64,000 nucleotides of DNA from Auanema rhodensis. Lineage: Eukaryota; Animalia; Nematoda. The notes under the pieces are model-generated. The model was not told where the DNA came from. It saw only the letters and a list, made by a program, of their open reading frames with translations, and searched no databases. Location of the stretch: assembly GCA_964057225.1 (NCBI GenBank), contig OZ059900.1:21080001-21144000 (forward strand). Reading direction: 5' to 3'. The translations under genes and the position numbers were made by a program. The number at the start of each line of letters is the position of its first letter. Position 1 is the first letter of the stretch. Positions 24,961-38,860 of the stretch are shown here, piece by piece.

Positions 24961-27900
24961 AAAATTAAGGAAATTAGCATATTCTGAGGGCACGCCCCTT
25001 ATGGCTAATATTGATTAAATCGATTTTTGTTCATATGAGTCGTCAAATGCAACGAATTTCAGCGTGTTACATACTAAAATGAAGCATTTTACATGCTAAA
25101 CACTAGAAAAATACAAAAACACAGTATTTCCCATGAGAAATATTTTATTATGCTGGAAAACCAGTTTTTGAAAATTTCGCTGTAAACAAGGTTTTGACTT
25201 ACGATTTCATGTGTTCAAACTCATGCAATGTCAATGAAACCTAGCTCAAAATTGTTTGTACAACGTCTAGTTTCACTTTCACGACAAAAAAACAGGGGTT
25301 AGAAAATTAAGGGAATTAGCATATTCTGAGGGCACGCCCCTTATGGCTAATATTGATTAAATCGATTTTTGTTCATATGAGTCGTCAAATGCAACGAATT
25401 TCAGCGTGTTACATACTAAAATGAAGCATTTTACATGCTGAACACTAGAAAAATACAAAAACACAGTATTTCCCATGAGAAATATTTTATTATGCTGGAA
25501 AACCAGTTTTTGGAAATTTCGCTGTAAACAAGGTTTTGACTTACGATTTCATGTGTTCAAACTCATGCAATGTCAATGAAACCTAGCTCAAAATTGTTCG
25601 TACAACGTCTAGTCCCACTTTCACGACAAAAAAACAGGGGTTAGAAAATTAAGGAAATTAGCATATTCTGAGGGCACGCCCCTTATGGCTAATATTGATT
25701 AAATCGATTTTTGTTCATATGAGTCGTCAAATGCAACGAATTTCAGCGTGTTACATACTAAAATGAAGCATTTTACATGCTGAACACTAGAAAAATACAA
25801 AAACACAGTATTTCCCATGAGAAATATTTTATTATTCTGGAAAACCAGTTTTTGGAAATTTCGCTGTAAACAAGGTTTTGACTTACGATTTCATGTGTTC
25901 AAACTCATGCAATGTCAATGAAACCTAGCTCAAAATTGTTTGTACAACGTCTAGTTCCACTTTCACGACAAAAAAACAGGGGTTAGAAAATTAAGGGAAT
26001 TAGCATATTCTGAGGGCACGCCCCTTATGGCTAATATTGATTAAATCGATTTTTGTTCATATGAGTCGTCAAATGCAACGAATTTCAGCGTGTTACATAC
26101 TAAAATGAAGCATTTTACATGCTGAACACTAGAAAAATACAAAAACACAGTATTTCCCATGAGAAATATTTTATTATGCTGGAAAACCAGTTTTTGGAAA
26201 TTTCGCTGTAAACAAGGTTTTGACTTACTATTTCATGTGTTCAAACTCATGCAATGTCAACGAAACCTAGCTCAAAATTGTTCGTACAACGTCTAGTTCC
26301 ACTTACACGACAAAAAAACAGGGGTTAGAAAATTAAGGAAATTAGCATATTCTGAGGGCACGCCCCTTATGGCTAATATTGATTAAATCGATTTTTGTTC
26401 ATATGAGTCGTCAAATGCAACGAATTTCAGCGTGTTACATACTGAAATGAAGCATTTTACATGCTGAACACTAGAAAAATACAAAAACACAGTATTTCCC
26501 ATGAGAAATATTTTATTATGCTGGAAAACCAGTTTTTGGAAATTTCGCTGTAAACAAGGTTTTGACTTACGATTTCATGTGTTCAAACTCATGCAATGTC
26601 AATGAAACCTAGCTCAAAATTGTTCGTACAACGTCTAGTTCCACTTTCACGACAAAAAAACAGGGGTTAGAAAATTAAGGAAATTAGCATATTCTGAGGG
26701 CACGCCCCTTATGGCTAATATTGATTAAATCGATTTTTGTTCATATGAGTCGTCAAATGCAACGAATTTCAGCGTGTTACATACTAAAATGAAGCATTTT
26801 ACATGCTGAACACTAGAAAAATACAAAAACACAGTATTTCCCATGAGAAATATTTTATTATGCTGGAAAACCAGTTTTTGGAAATTTCGCTGTAAACAAG
26901 GTTTTGACTTACGATTTCATGTGTTCAAACTCATGCAATGTCAATGAAACCTAGCTCAAAATTGTTCGTACAACGTCTAGTCCCACTTTCACGACAAAAA
27001 AACAGGGGTTAGAAAATTAAGGGAATTAGCATATTCTGAGGGCACGCCCCTTATGGCTAATATTGATTAAATCGATTTTTGTTCATATGAGTCGTCAAAT
27101 GCAACGAATTTCAGCGTGTTACATACTAAAATGAAGCATTTTACATGCTGAACACTAGAAAAATACAAAAACACAGTATTTCCCATGAGAAATATTTTAT
27201 TATGCTGGAAAACCAGTTTTTGGAAATTTCGCTGTAAACAAGGTTTTGACTTACGATTTCATGTGTTCAAACTCATGCAATGTCAATGAAACCTAGCTCA
27301 AAATTGTTCGTACAACGTCTAGTCCCACTTTCACGACAAAAAAACAGGGGTTAGAAAATTAAGGAAATTAGCATATTCTGAGGGCACGCCCCTTATGGCT
27401 AATATTGATTAAATCGATTTTTGTTCATATGAGTCGTCAAATGCAACGAATTTCAGCGTGTTACATACTAAAATGAAGCATTTTACATGCTGAACACTAG
27501 AAAAATACAAAAACACAGTATTTCCCATGAGAAATATTTTATTATGCTGGAAAACCAGTTTTTGGAAATTTCGCTGTAAACAAGGTTTTGACTTACGATT
27601 TCATGTGTTCAAACTCATGCAATGTCAATGAAACCTAGCTCAAAATTGTTTGTACAACGTCTAGTTCCACTTTCACGACAAAAAAACAGGGGTTAGAAAA
27701 TTAAGGGAATTAGCATATTCTGAGGGCACGCCCCTTATGGCTAATATTGATTAAATCGATTTTTGTTCATATGAGTCGTCAAATGCAACGAATTTCAGCG
27801 TGTTACATACTAAAATGAAGCATTTTACATGCTGAACACTAGAAAAATACAAAAACACAGTATTTCCCATGAGAAATATTTTATTATGCTGGAAAACCAG

Positions 27901-29406
27901 TTTTTGGAAATTTCGCTGTAAACAAGGTTTTGACTTACGATTTCATGTGTTCAAACTCATGCAATGTCAATGAAACCTAGCTCAAAATTGTTTGTACAAC
28001 GTCTAGTTCCACTTTCACGACAAAAAAACAGGGGTTAGAAAATTAAGAGAATTAGCATATTCTGAGGGCACGCCCCTTATGGCTAATATTGATTAAATCG
28101 ATTTTTGTTCATATGAGTCGTCAAATGCAACGAATTTCAGCGTGTTACATACTAAAATGAAGCATTTTACATGCTGAACACTAGAAAAATACAAAAACAC
28201 AGTATTTCCCATGAGAAATATTTTATTATGCTGGAAAACCAGTTTTTGGAAATTTCGCTGTAAACAAGGTTTTGACTTACGATTTCATGTGTTCAAACTC
28301 ATGCAATGTCAATGAAACCTAGCTCAAAATTGTTCGTACAACGTCTAGTCCCACTTTCACGACAAAAAAACAGGAGTTAGAAAATTAAGGAAATTAGCAT
28401 ATTCTGAGGGCACGCCCCTTATGGCTAATATTGATTAAATCGATTTTTGTTCATATGAGTCGTCAAATGCAACGAATTTCAGCGTGTTACATACTAAAAT
28501 GAAGCATTTTACATGCTGAACACTAGAAAAATAGAAAAACACAGTATTTCCCATGAGAAATATTTTATTATGCTGGAAAACCAGTTTTTGGAAATTTCGC
28601 TGTAAACAAGGTTTTGACTTACGATTTCATGTGTTCAAACTCATGCAATGTCAATGAAACCTAGCTCAAAATTGTTCGTACAACGTCTAGTTCCACTTTC
28701 ACGACAAAAAAACAGGGGTTAGAAAATTAAGGAAATTAGCATATTCTGAGGGCACGCCCCTTATGGCTAATATTGATTAAATCGATTTTTGTTCATATGA
28801 GTCGTCAAATGCAACGAATTTCAGCGTGTTACATACTAAAATGAAGCATTTTACATGCTGAACACTAGAAAAATACAAAAACACAGTATTTCCCATGAGA
28901 AATATTTTATTATGCTGGAAAACCAGTTTTTGGAAATTTCGCTGTAAACAAGGTTTTGACTTACGATTTCATGTGTTCAAACTCATGCAATGTCAATGAA
29001 ACCTAGCTCAAAATTGTTTGTACAACGTCTAGTTTCACTTTCACGACAAAAAAACAGGGGTTAGAAAATTAAGGGAATTAGCATATTCTGAGGGCACGCC
29101 CCTTATGGCTAATATTGATTAAATCGATTTTTGTTCATATGAGTCGTCAAATGCAACGAATTTCAGCGTGTTACATACTAAAATGAAGCATTTTACATGC
29201 TGAACACTAGAAAAATACAAAAACACAGTATTTCCCATGAGAAATATTTTATTATGCTGGAAAACCAGTTTTTGGAAATTTCGCTGTAAACAAGGTTTTG
29301 ACTTACGATTTCATGTGTTCAAACTCATGCAATGTCAATGAAACCTAGCTCAAAATTGTTCGTACAACGTCTAGTCCCACTTTCACGACAAAAAAACAGG
29401 GGTTAG

Positions 29407-32400
29407 AAAATTAAGGAAATTAGCATATTCTGAGGGCACGCCCCTTATGGCTAATATTGATTAAATCGATTTTTGTTCATATGAGTCGTCAAATGCAACG
29501 AATTTCAGCGTGTTACATACTAAAATGAAGCATTTTACATGCTGAACACTAGAAAAATACAAAAACACAGTATTTTCCATGAGAAATATTTTATTATGCT
29601 GGAAAACCAGTTTTTGGAAATTTCGCTGTAAACAAGGTTTTGACTTACGATTTCATGTGTTCAAACTCATGCAATGTCAATGAAACCTAGCTCAAAATTG
29701 TTCGTACAACGTCTAGTTCCACTTTCACGACGAAAAAACAGGGGTTAGAAAATTAAGGAAATTAGCATATTCTGAGGGCACGCCCCTTATGGCTAATATT
29801 GATTAAATCGATTTTTGTTCATATGAGTCGTCAAATGCAACGAATTTCAGCGTGTTACATACTAAAATGAAGCATTTTACATGCTGAACACTAGAAAAAT
29901 ACAAAAACACAGTATTTCCCATGAGAAATATTTTATTATGCTGGAAAACCAGTTTTTGGAAATTTCGCTGTAAACAAGGTTTTGACTTACGATTTCATGT
30001 GTTCAAACTCATGCAATGTCAATGAAACCTAGCTCAAAATTGTTCGTACAACGTCTAGTTCCACTTTCACGACAAAAAAACAGGAGTTAGAAAATTAAGG
30101 GAATTAGCATATTCTGAGGGCACGCCCCTTATGGCTAATATTGATTAAATCGATTTTTGTTCATATGAGTCGTCAAATGCAACGAATTTCAGCGTGTTAC
30201 ATACTAAAATGAAGCATTTCACATGCTTAACACTAGAAAAATACAAAAACACAGTATTTCCCATGAGAAATATTTTATTATGCTGGAAAACCAGTTTTTG
30301 GAAATTTCGCTGTAAACAAGGTTTTGACTTACGATTTCATGTGTTCAAACTCATGCAATGTCAATGAAACCTAGCTCAAAATTGTCTGTACAACGTCTAG
30401 TTCCACTTTCACGACAAAAAAACAGGGGTTAGAAAATTAAGGGAATTAGCATATTCTGAGGGCACGCCCCTTATGGCTAATATTGATTAAATCGATTTTT
30501 GTTCATATGAGTCGTCAAATGCAACGAATTTCAGCGTGTTACATACTAAAATGAAGCATTTTACATGCTGAACACTAGAAAAATACAAAAACACAGTATT
30601 TTCCATGAGAAATATTTTATTATGCTGGAAAACCAGTTTTTGGAAATTTCGCTGTAAACAAGGTTTTGACTTACGATTTCATGTGTTCAAACTCATGCAA
30701 TGTCAATGAAACCTAGCTCAAAATTGTTCGTACAACGTCTAGTTCCACTTTCACGACAAAAAAACAGGGGTTAGAAAATTAAGGAAATTAGCATATTCTG
30801 AGGGCACGCCCCTTATGGCTAATATTGATTAAATCGATTTTTGTTCATATGAGTCGTCAAATGCAACGAATTTCAGCGTGTTACATACTAAAATGAAGCA
30901 TTTCACATGCTGAACACTAGAAAAATACAAAAACACAGTATTTCCCATGAGAAATATTTTATTATGCTGGAAAACCAGTTTTTGGAAATTTCGCTGTAAA
31001 CAAGGTTTTGACTTACGATTTCATGTGTTCAAACTCATGCAATGTCAATGAAACCTAGCTCAAAATTGTTCGTACAACGTCTAGTTCCACTTTCACGACA
31101 AAAAAACAGGAGTTAGAAAATTAAGGGAATTAGCATATTCTGAGGGTACGCCCCTTATGGCTAATATTGATTAAATCGATTTTTGTTCATATGAGTCGTC
31201 AAATGCAACGAATTTCAGCGTGTTACATACTAAAATGAAGCATTTTACATGCTGAACACTAGAAAAATACAAAAACACAGTATTTCCCATGAGAAATATT
31301 TTATTATGCTGGAAAACCAGTTTTTGGAAATTTCGCTGTAAACAAGGTTTTGACTTACGATTTCATGTGTTCAAACTCATGCAATGTCAATGAAACCTAG
31401 CTCAAAATTGTTCGTACAACGTCTAGTCCCACTTTCACGACAAAAAAACAGGGGTTAGAAAATTAAGGAAATTAGCATATTCTGAGGGCACGCCCCTTAT
31501 GGCTAATATTGATTAAATCGATTTTTGTTCATATGAGTCGTCAAATGCAACGAATTTCAGCGTGTTACATACTAAAATGAAGCATTTTACATGCTGAACA
31601 CTAGAAAAATACAAAAACACAGTATTTTCCATGAGAAATATTTTATTATGCTGGAAAACCAGTTTTTGGAAATTTCGCTGTAAACAAGGTTTTGACTTAC
31701 GATTTCATGTGTTCAAACTCATGCAATGTCAATGAAACCTAGCTCAAAATTGTTCGTACAACGTCTAGTTCCACTTTCACGACGAAAAAACAGGGGTTAG
31801 AAAATTAAGGAAATTAGCATATTCTGAGGGCACGCCCCTTATGGCTAATATTGATTAAATCGATTTTTGTTCATATGAGTCGTCAAATGCAACGAATTTC
31901 AGCGTGTTACATACTAAAATGAAGCATTTTACATGCTGAACACTAGAAAAATACAAAAACACAGTATTTCCCATGAGAAATATTTTATTATGCTGGAAAA
32001 CCAGTTTTTGGAAATTTCGCTGTAAACAAGGTTTTGACTTACGATTTCATGTGTTCAAACTCATGCAATGTCAATGAAACCTAGCTCAAAATTGTTCGTA
32101 CAACGTCTAGTTCCACTTTCACGACAAAAAAACAGGAGTTAGAAAATTAAGGGAATTAGCATATTCTGAGGGCACGCCCCTTATGGCTAATATTGATTAA
32201 ATCGATTTTTGTTCATATGAGTCGTCAAATGCAACGAATTTCAGCGTGTTACATACTAAAATGAAGCATTTCACATGCTTAACACTAGAAAAATACAAAA
32301 ACACAGTATTTCCCATGAGAAATATTTTATTATGCTGGAAAACCAGTTTTTGGAAATTTCGCTGTAAACAAGGTTTTGACTTACGATTTCATGTGTTCAA

Positions 32401-35400
32401 ACTCATGCAATGTCAATGAAACCTAGCTCAAAATTGTCTGTACAACGTCTAGTTCCACTTTCACGACAAAAAAACAGGGGTTAGAAAATTAAGGGAATTA
32501 GCATATTCTGAGGGCACGCCCCTTATGGCTAATATTGATTAAATCGATTTTTGTTCATATGAGTCGTCAAATGCAACGAATTTCAGCGTGTTACATACTA
32601 AAATGAAGCATTTTACATGCTGAACACTAGAAAAATACAAAAACACAGTATTTTCCATGAGAAATATTTTATTATGCTGGAAAACCAGTTTTTGGAAATT
32701 TCGCTGTAAACAAGGTTTTGACTTACGATTTCATGTGTTCAAACTCATGCAATGTCAATGAAACCTAGCTCAAAATTGTTCGTACAACGTCTAGTTCCAC
32801 TTTCACGACAAAAAAACAGGGGTTAGAAAATTAAGGAAATTAGCATATTCTGAGGGCACGCCCCTTATGGCTAATATTGATTAAATCGATTTTTGTTCAT
32901 ATGAGTCGTCAAATGCAACGAATTTCAGCGTGTTACATACTAAAATGAAGCATTTCACATGCTGAACACTAGAAAAATACAAAAACACAGTATTTCCCAT
33001 GAGAAATATTTTATTATGCTGGAAAACCAGTTTTTGGAAATTTCGCTGTAAACAAGGTTTTGACTTACGATTTCATGTGTTCAAACTCATGCAATGTCAA
33101 TGAAACCTAGCTCAAAATTGTTCGTACAACGTCTAGTTCCACTTTCACGACAAAAAAACAGGAGTTAGAAAATTAAGGGAATTAGCATATTCTGAGGGTA
33201 CGCCCCTTATGGCTAATATTGATTAAATCGATTTTTGTTCATATGAGTCGTCAAATGCAACGAATTTCAGCGTGTTACATACTAAAATGAAGCATTTTAC
33301 ATGCTGAACACTAGAAAAATACAAAAACACAGTATTTCCCATGAGAAATATTTTATTATGCTGGAAAACCAGTTTTTGGAAATTTCGCTGTAAACAAGGT
33401 TTTGACTTACGATTTCATGTGTTCAAACTCATGCAATGTCAATGAAACCTAGCTCAAAATTGTTCGTACAACGTCTAGTCCCACTTTCACGACAAAAAAA
33501 CAGGAGTTAGAAAATTAAGGAAATTAGCATATTCTGAGGGCACGCCCCTTATAGCTAATATTGATTAAATCGATTTTTGTTCATATGAGTCGTCAAATGC
33601 AACGAATTTCAGCGTGTTACATACTAAAATGAAGCATTTCACATGCTGAACACTAGAAAAATACAAAAACACAGTATTTCCCATGAGAAATATTTTATTA
33701 TGCTGGAAAACCAGTTTTTGGAAATTTCGCTGTAAACAAGGTTTTGACTTACGATTTCATGTGTTCAAACTCATGCAATGTCAATGAAACCTAGCTCAAA
33801 ATTGTTCGTACAACGTCTAGTCCCACTTTCACGACAAAAAAACAGGGGTTAGAAAATTAAGGAAATTAGCATATTCTGAGGGCACGCCCCTTATGGCTAA
33901 TATTGATTAAATCGATTTTTGTTCATATGAGTCGTCAAATGCAACGAATTTCAGCGTGTTACATACTAAAATGAAGCATTTTACATGCTGAACACTAGAA
34001 AAATACAAAAACACAGTATTTTCCATGAGAAATATTTTATTATGCTGGAAAACCAGTTTTTGGAAATTTCGCTGTAAACAAGGTTTTGACTTACGATTTC
34101 ATGTGTTCAAACTCATGCAATGTCAATGAAACCTAGCTCAAAATTGTTCGTACAACGTCTAGTTCCACTTTCACGACGAAAAAACAGGGGTTAGAAAATT
34201 AAGGAAATTAGCATATTCTGAGGGCACGCCCCTTATGGCTAATATTGATTAAATCGATTTTTGTTCATATGAGTCGTCAAATGCAACGAATTTCAGCGTG
34301 TTACATACTAAAATGAAGCATTTTACATGCTGAACACTAGAAAAATACAAAAACACAGTATTTCCCATGAGAAATATTTTATTATGCTGGAAAACCAGTT
34401 TTTGGAAATTTCGCTGTAAACAAGGTTTTGACTTACGATTTCATGTGTTCAAACTCATGCAATGTCAATGAAACCTAGCTCAAAATTGTTCGTACAACGT
34501 CTAGTTCCACTTTCACGACAAAAAAACAGGAGTTAGAAAATTAAGGGAATTAGCATATTCTGAGGGCACGCCCCTTATGGCTAATATTGATTAAATCGAT
34601 TTTTGTTCATATGAGTCGTCAAATGCAACGAATTTCAGCGTGTTACATACTAAAATGAAGCATTTCACATGCTTAACACTAGAAAAATACAAAAACACAG
34701 TATTTCCCATGAGAAATATTTTATTATGCTGGAAAACCAGTTTTTGGAAATTTCGCTGTAAACAAGGTTTTGACTTACGATTTCATGTGTTCAAACTCAT
34801 GCAATGTCAATGAAACCTAGCTCAAAATTGTCTGTACAACGTCTAGTTCCACTTTCACGACAAAAAAACAGGGGTTAGAAAATTAAGGGAATTAGCATAT
34901 TCTGAGGGCACGCCCCTTATGGCTAATATTGATTAAATCGATTTTTGTTCATATGAGTCGTCAAATGCAACGAATTTCAGCGTGTTACATACTAAAATGA
35001 AGCATTTTACATGCTGAACACTAGAAAAATACAAAAACACAGTATTTTCCATGAGAAATATTTTATTATGCTGGAAAACCAGTTTTTGGAAATTTCGCTG
35101 TAAACAAGGTTTTGACTTACGATTTCATGTGTTCAAACTCATGCAATGTCAATGAAACCTAGCTCAAAATTGTTCGTACAACGTCTAGTTCCACTTTCAC
35201 GACAAAAAAACAGGGGTTAGAAAATTAAGGAAATTAGCATATTCTGAGGGCACGCCCCTTATGGCTAATATTGATTAAATCGATTTTTGTTCATATGAGT
35301 CGTCAAATGCAACGAATTTCAGCGTGTTACATACTAAAATGAAGCATTTCACATGCTGAACACTAGAAAAATACAAAAACACAGTATTTCCCATGAGAAA

Positions 35401-35904
35401 TATTTTATTATGCTGGAAAACCAGTTTTTGGAAATTTCGCTGTAAACAAGGTTTTGACTTACGATTTCATGTGTTCAAACTCATGCAATGTCAATGAAAC
35501 CTAGCTCAAAATTGTTCGTACAACGTCTAGTTCCACTTTCACGACAAAAAAACAGGAGTTAGAAAATTAAGGGAATTAGCATATTCTGAGGGTACGCCCC
35601 TTATGGCTAATATTGATTAAATCGATTTTTGTTCATATGAGTCGTCAAATGCAACGAATTTCAGCGTGTTACATACTAAAATGAAGCATTTTACATGCTG
35701 AACACTAGAAAAATACAAAAACACAGTATTTCCCATGAGAAATATTTTATTATGCTGGAAAACCAGTTTTTGGAAATTTCGCTGTAAACAAGGTTTTGAC
35801 TTACGATTTCATGTGTTCAAACTCATGCAATGTCAATGAAACCTAGCTCAAAATTGTTCGTACAACGTCTAGTCCCACTTTCACGACAAAAAAACAGGAG
35901 TTAG
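29407..35904 (+). repeat. Local higher-order repeat: 6-monomer (2052 bp) unit x3, the second copy carrying an extra monomer (2394 bp)
   Basis: gctTaac at 30228, 32280, 34674; gacGaaaaaa at 29732, 31784, 34178; gggTacg at 31147, 33199, 35593 (spacings 2052 then 2394). Confidence 0.92.
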
Positions 35905-38860
35905 AAAATTAAGGAAATTAGCATATTCTGAGGGCACGCCCCTTATAGCTAATATTGATTAAATCGATTTTTGTTCATATGAGTCGTCAAATGCAACGAA
36001 TTTCAGCGTGTTACATACTAAAATGAAGCATTTTACATGCTGAACACTAGAAAAATACAAAAACACAGTATTTCCCATGAGAAATATTTTATTATGCTGG
36101 AAAACCAGTTTTTGGAAATTTCGCTGTAAACAAGGTTTTGACTTACGATTTCATGTGTTCAAACTCATGCAATGTCAATGAAACCTAGCTCAAAATTGTT
36201 CGTACAACGTCTAGTTCCACTTTCACGACAAAAAAACAGGGGTTAGAAAATTAAGGGAATTAGCATATTCTGAGGGCACGCCCCTTATGGCTAATATTGA
36301 TTAAATCGATTTTTGTTCATATGAGTCGTCAAATGCAACGAATTTCAGCGTGTTACATACTAAAATGAAGCATTTTACATGCTGAACACTAGAAAAATAC
36401 AAAAACACAGTATTTCCCATGAGAAATATTTTATTATGCTGGAAAACCAGTTTTTGGAAATTTCGCTGTAAACAAGGTTTTGACTTACGATTTCATGTGT
36501 TCAAACTCATGCAATGTCAATGAAACCTAGCTCAAAATTGTTCGTACAACGTCTAGTTCCACTTTCACGACAAAAAAACAGGGGTTAGAAAATTAAGGGA
36601 ATTAGCATATTCTGAGGGCACGCCCCTTATGGCTAATATTGATTAAATCGATTTTTGTTCATATGAGTCGTCAAATGCAACGAATTTCAGCGTGTTACAT
36701 ACTAAAATGAAGCATTTTACATGCTGAACACTAGAAAAATACAAAAACACAGTATTTTCCATGAGAAATATTTTATTATGCTGGAAAACCAGTTTTTGGA
36801 AATTTCGCTGTAAACAAGGTTTTGACTTACGATTTCATGTGTTCAAACTCATGCAATGTCAATGAAACCTAGCTCAAAATTGTTCGTACAACGTCTAGTC
36901 CCACTTTCACGACAAAAAAACAGGGGTTAGAAAATTAAGGAAATTAGCATATTCTGAGGGCACGCCCCTTATGGCTAATATTGATTAAATCGATTTTTGT
37001 TCATATGAGTCGTCAAATGCAACGAATTTCAGCGTGTTACATACTAAAATGAAGCATTTTACATGCTGAACACTAGAAAAATACAAAAACACAGTATTTC
37101 CCATGAGAAATATTTTATTATGCTGGAAAACCAGTTTTTGGAAATTTCGCTGTAAACAAGGTTTTGACTTACGATTTCATGTGTTCAAACTCATGCAATG
37201 TCAATGAAACCTAGCTCAAAATTGTTCGTACAACGTCTAGTTCCACTTTCACGACAAAAAAACAGGGGTTAGAAAATTAAGGAAATTAGCATATTCTGAG
37301 GGCACGCCCCTTATGGCTAATATTGATTAAATCGATTTTTGTTCATATGAGTCGTCAAATGCAACGAATTTCAGCGTGTTACATACGCAAATGAAGCATT
37401 TCACATGCTGAACACTAGAAAAATACAAAAACACAGTATTTCCCATGAGAAATATTTTATTATGCTGGAAAACCAGTTTTTGGAAATTTCGCTGTAAACA
37501 AGGTTTTGACTTACGATTTCATGTGTTCAAACTCATGCAATGTCAATGAAACCTAGCTCAAAATTGTTCGTACAACGTCTAGTTCCACTTTCACGACAAA
37601 AAAACAGGGGTTAGAAAATTAAGGAAATTAGCATATTCTGAGGGCACGCCCCTTATGGCTAATATTGATTAAATCGATTTTTGTTCATATGAGTCGTCAA
37701 ATGCAACGAATTTCAGCGTGTTACATACGCAAATGAAGCATTTCACATGCTGAACACTAGAAAATTACAAAAACACAGTATTTCCCATGAGAAATATTTT
37801 ATTATGCTGGAAAACCAGTTTTTGGAAATTTCGCTGTAAACAAGGTTTTGACTTACGATTTCATGTGTTCAAACTCATGCAATGTCAATGAAACCTAGCT
37901 CAAAATTGTTCGTACAACGTCTAGTTCCACTTTCACGACAAAAAAACAGGGGTTAGAAAATTAAGGAAATTAGCATATTCTGAGGGCACGCCCCTTATGG
38001 CTAATATTGATTAAATCGATTTTTGTTCATATGAGTCGTCAAATGCAACGAATTTCAGCGTGTTACATACTAAAATGAAGCATTTTACATGCTGAACACT
38101 AGAAAAATACAAAAACACAGTATTTCCCATGAGAAATATTTTATTATGCTGGAAAACCAGTTTTTGGAAATTTCGCTGTAAACAAGGTTTTGACTTACGA
38201 TTTCATGTGTTCAAACTCATGCAATGTCAATGAAACCTAGCTCAAAATTGTTCGTACAACGTCTAGTTCCACTTTCACGACAAAAAAACAGGGGTTAGAA
38301 AATTAAGGAAATTAGCATATTCTGAGGGCACGCCCCTTATGGCTAATATTGATTAAATCGATTTTTGTTCATATGAGTCGTCAAATGCTACGAATTTCAG
38401 CGTGTTACATACTAAAATGAAACATTTTACATGCTGAACACTAGAAAAATACAAAAACACAGTATTTCCCATGAGAAATATTTTATTATGCTGGAAAACC
38501 AGTTTTTGGAAATTTCGCTGTAAACAAGGTTTTGACTTACGATTTCATGTGTTCAAACTTATGCAATGTCAATGAAACCTAGCAAAAAATTGTTCGTACA
38601 ACGTCTAGTCCCACTTTCACGACAAAAAAACAGGGGTTAGAAAATTAAGGGAATTAGCATATTCTGAGGGCACGCCCCTTATGGCTAATATTGATTAAAT
38701 CGATTTTTGTTCATATGAGTCGTCAAATGCAACGAATTTCAGCGTGTTACATACTAAAATGAAGCATTTTACATGCTGAACACTAGAAAAATACAAAAAC
38801 ACAGTATTTCCCATGAGAAATATTTTATTATGCTGGAAAACCAGTTTTTGGAAATTTCGC

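Larger units (their letters stand above)
1..38860 (+). repeat. Forward-orientation satellite block (~113.6 monomers), ending at monomer position 220
   Basis: Uninterrupted head-to-tail copies up to ...ggaaatttcgc at 38860. Confidence 0.97.
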
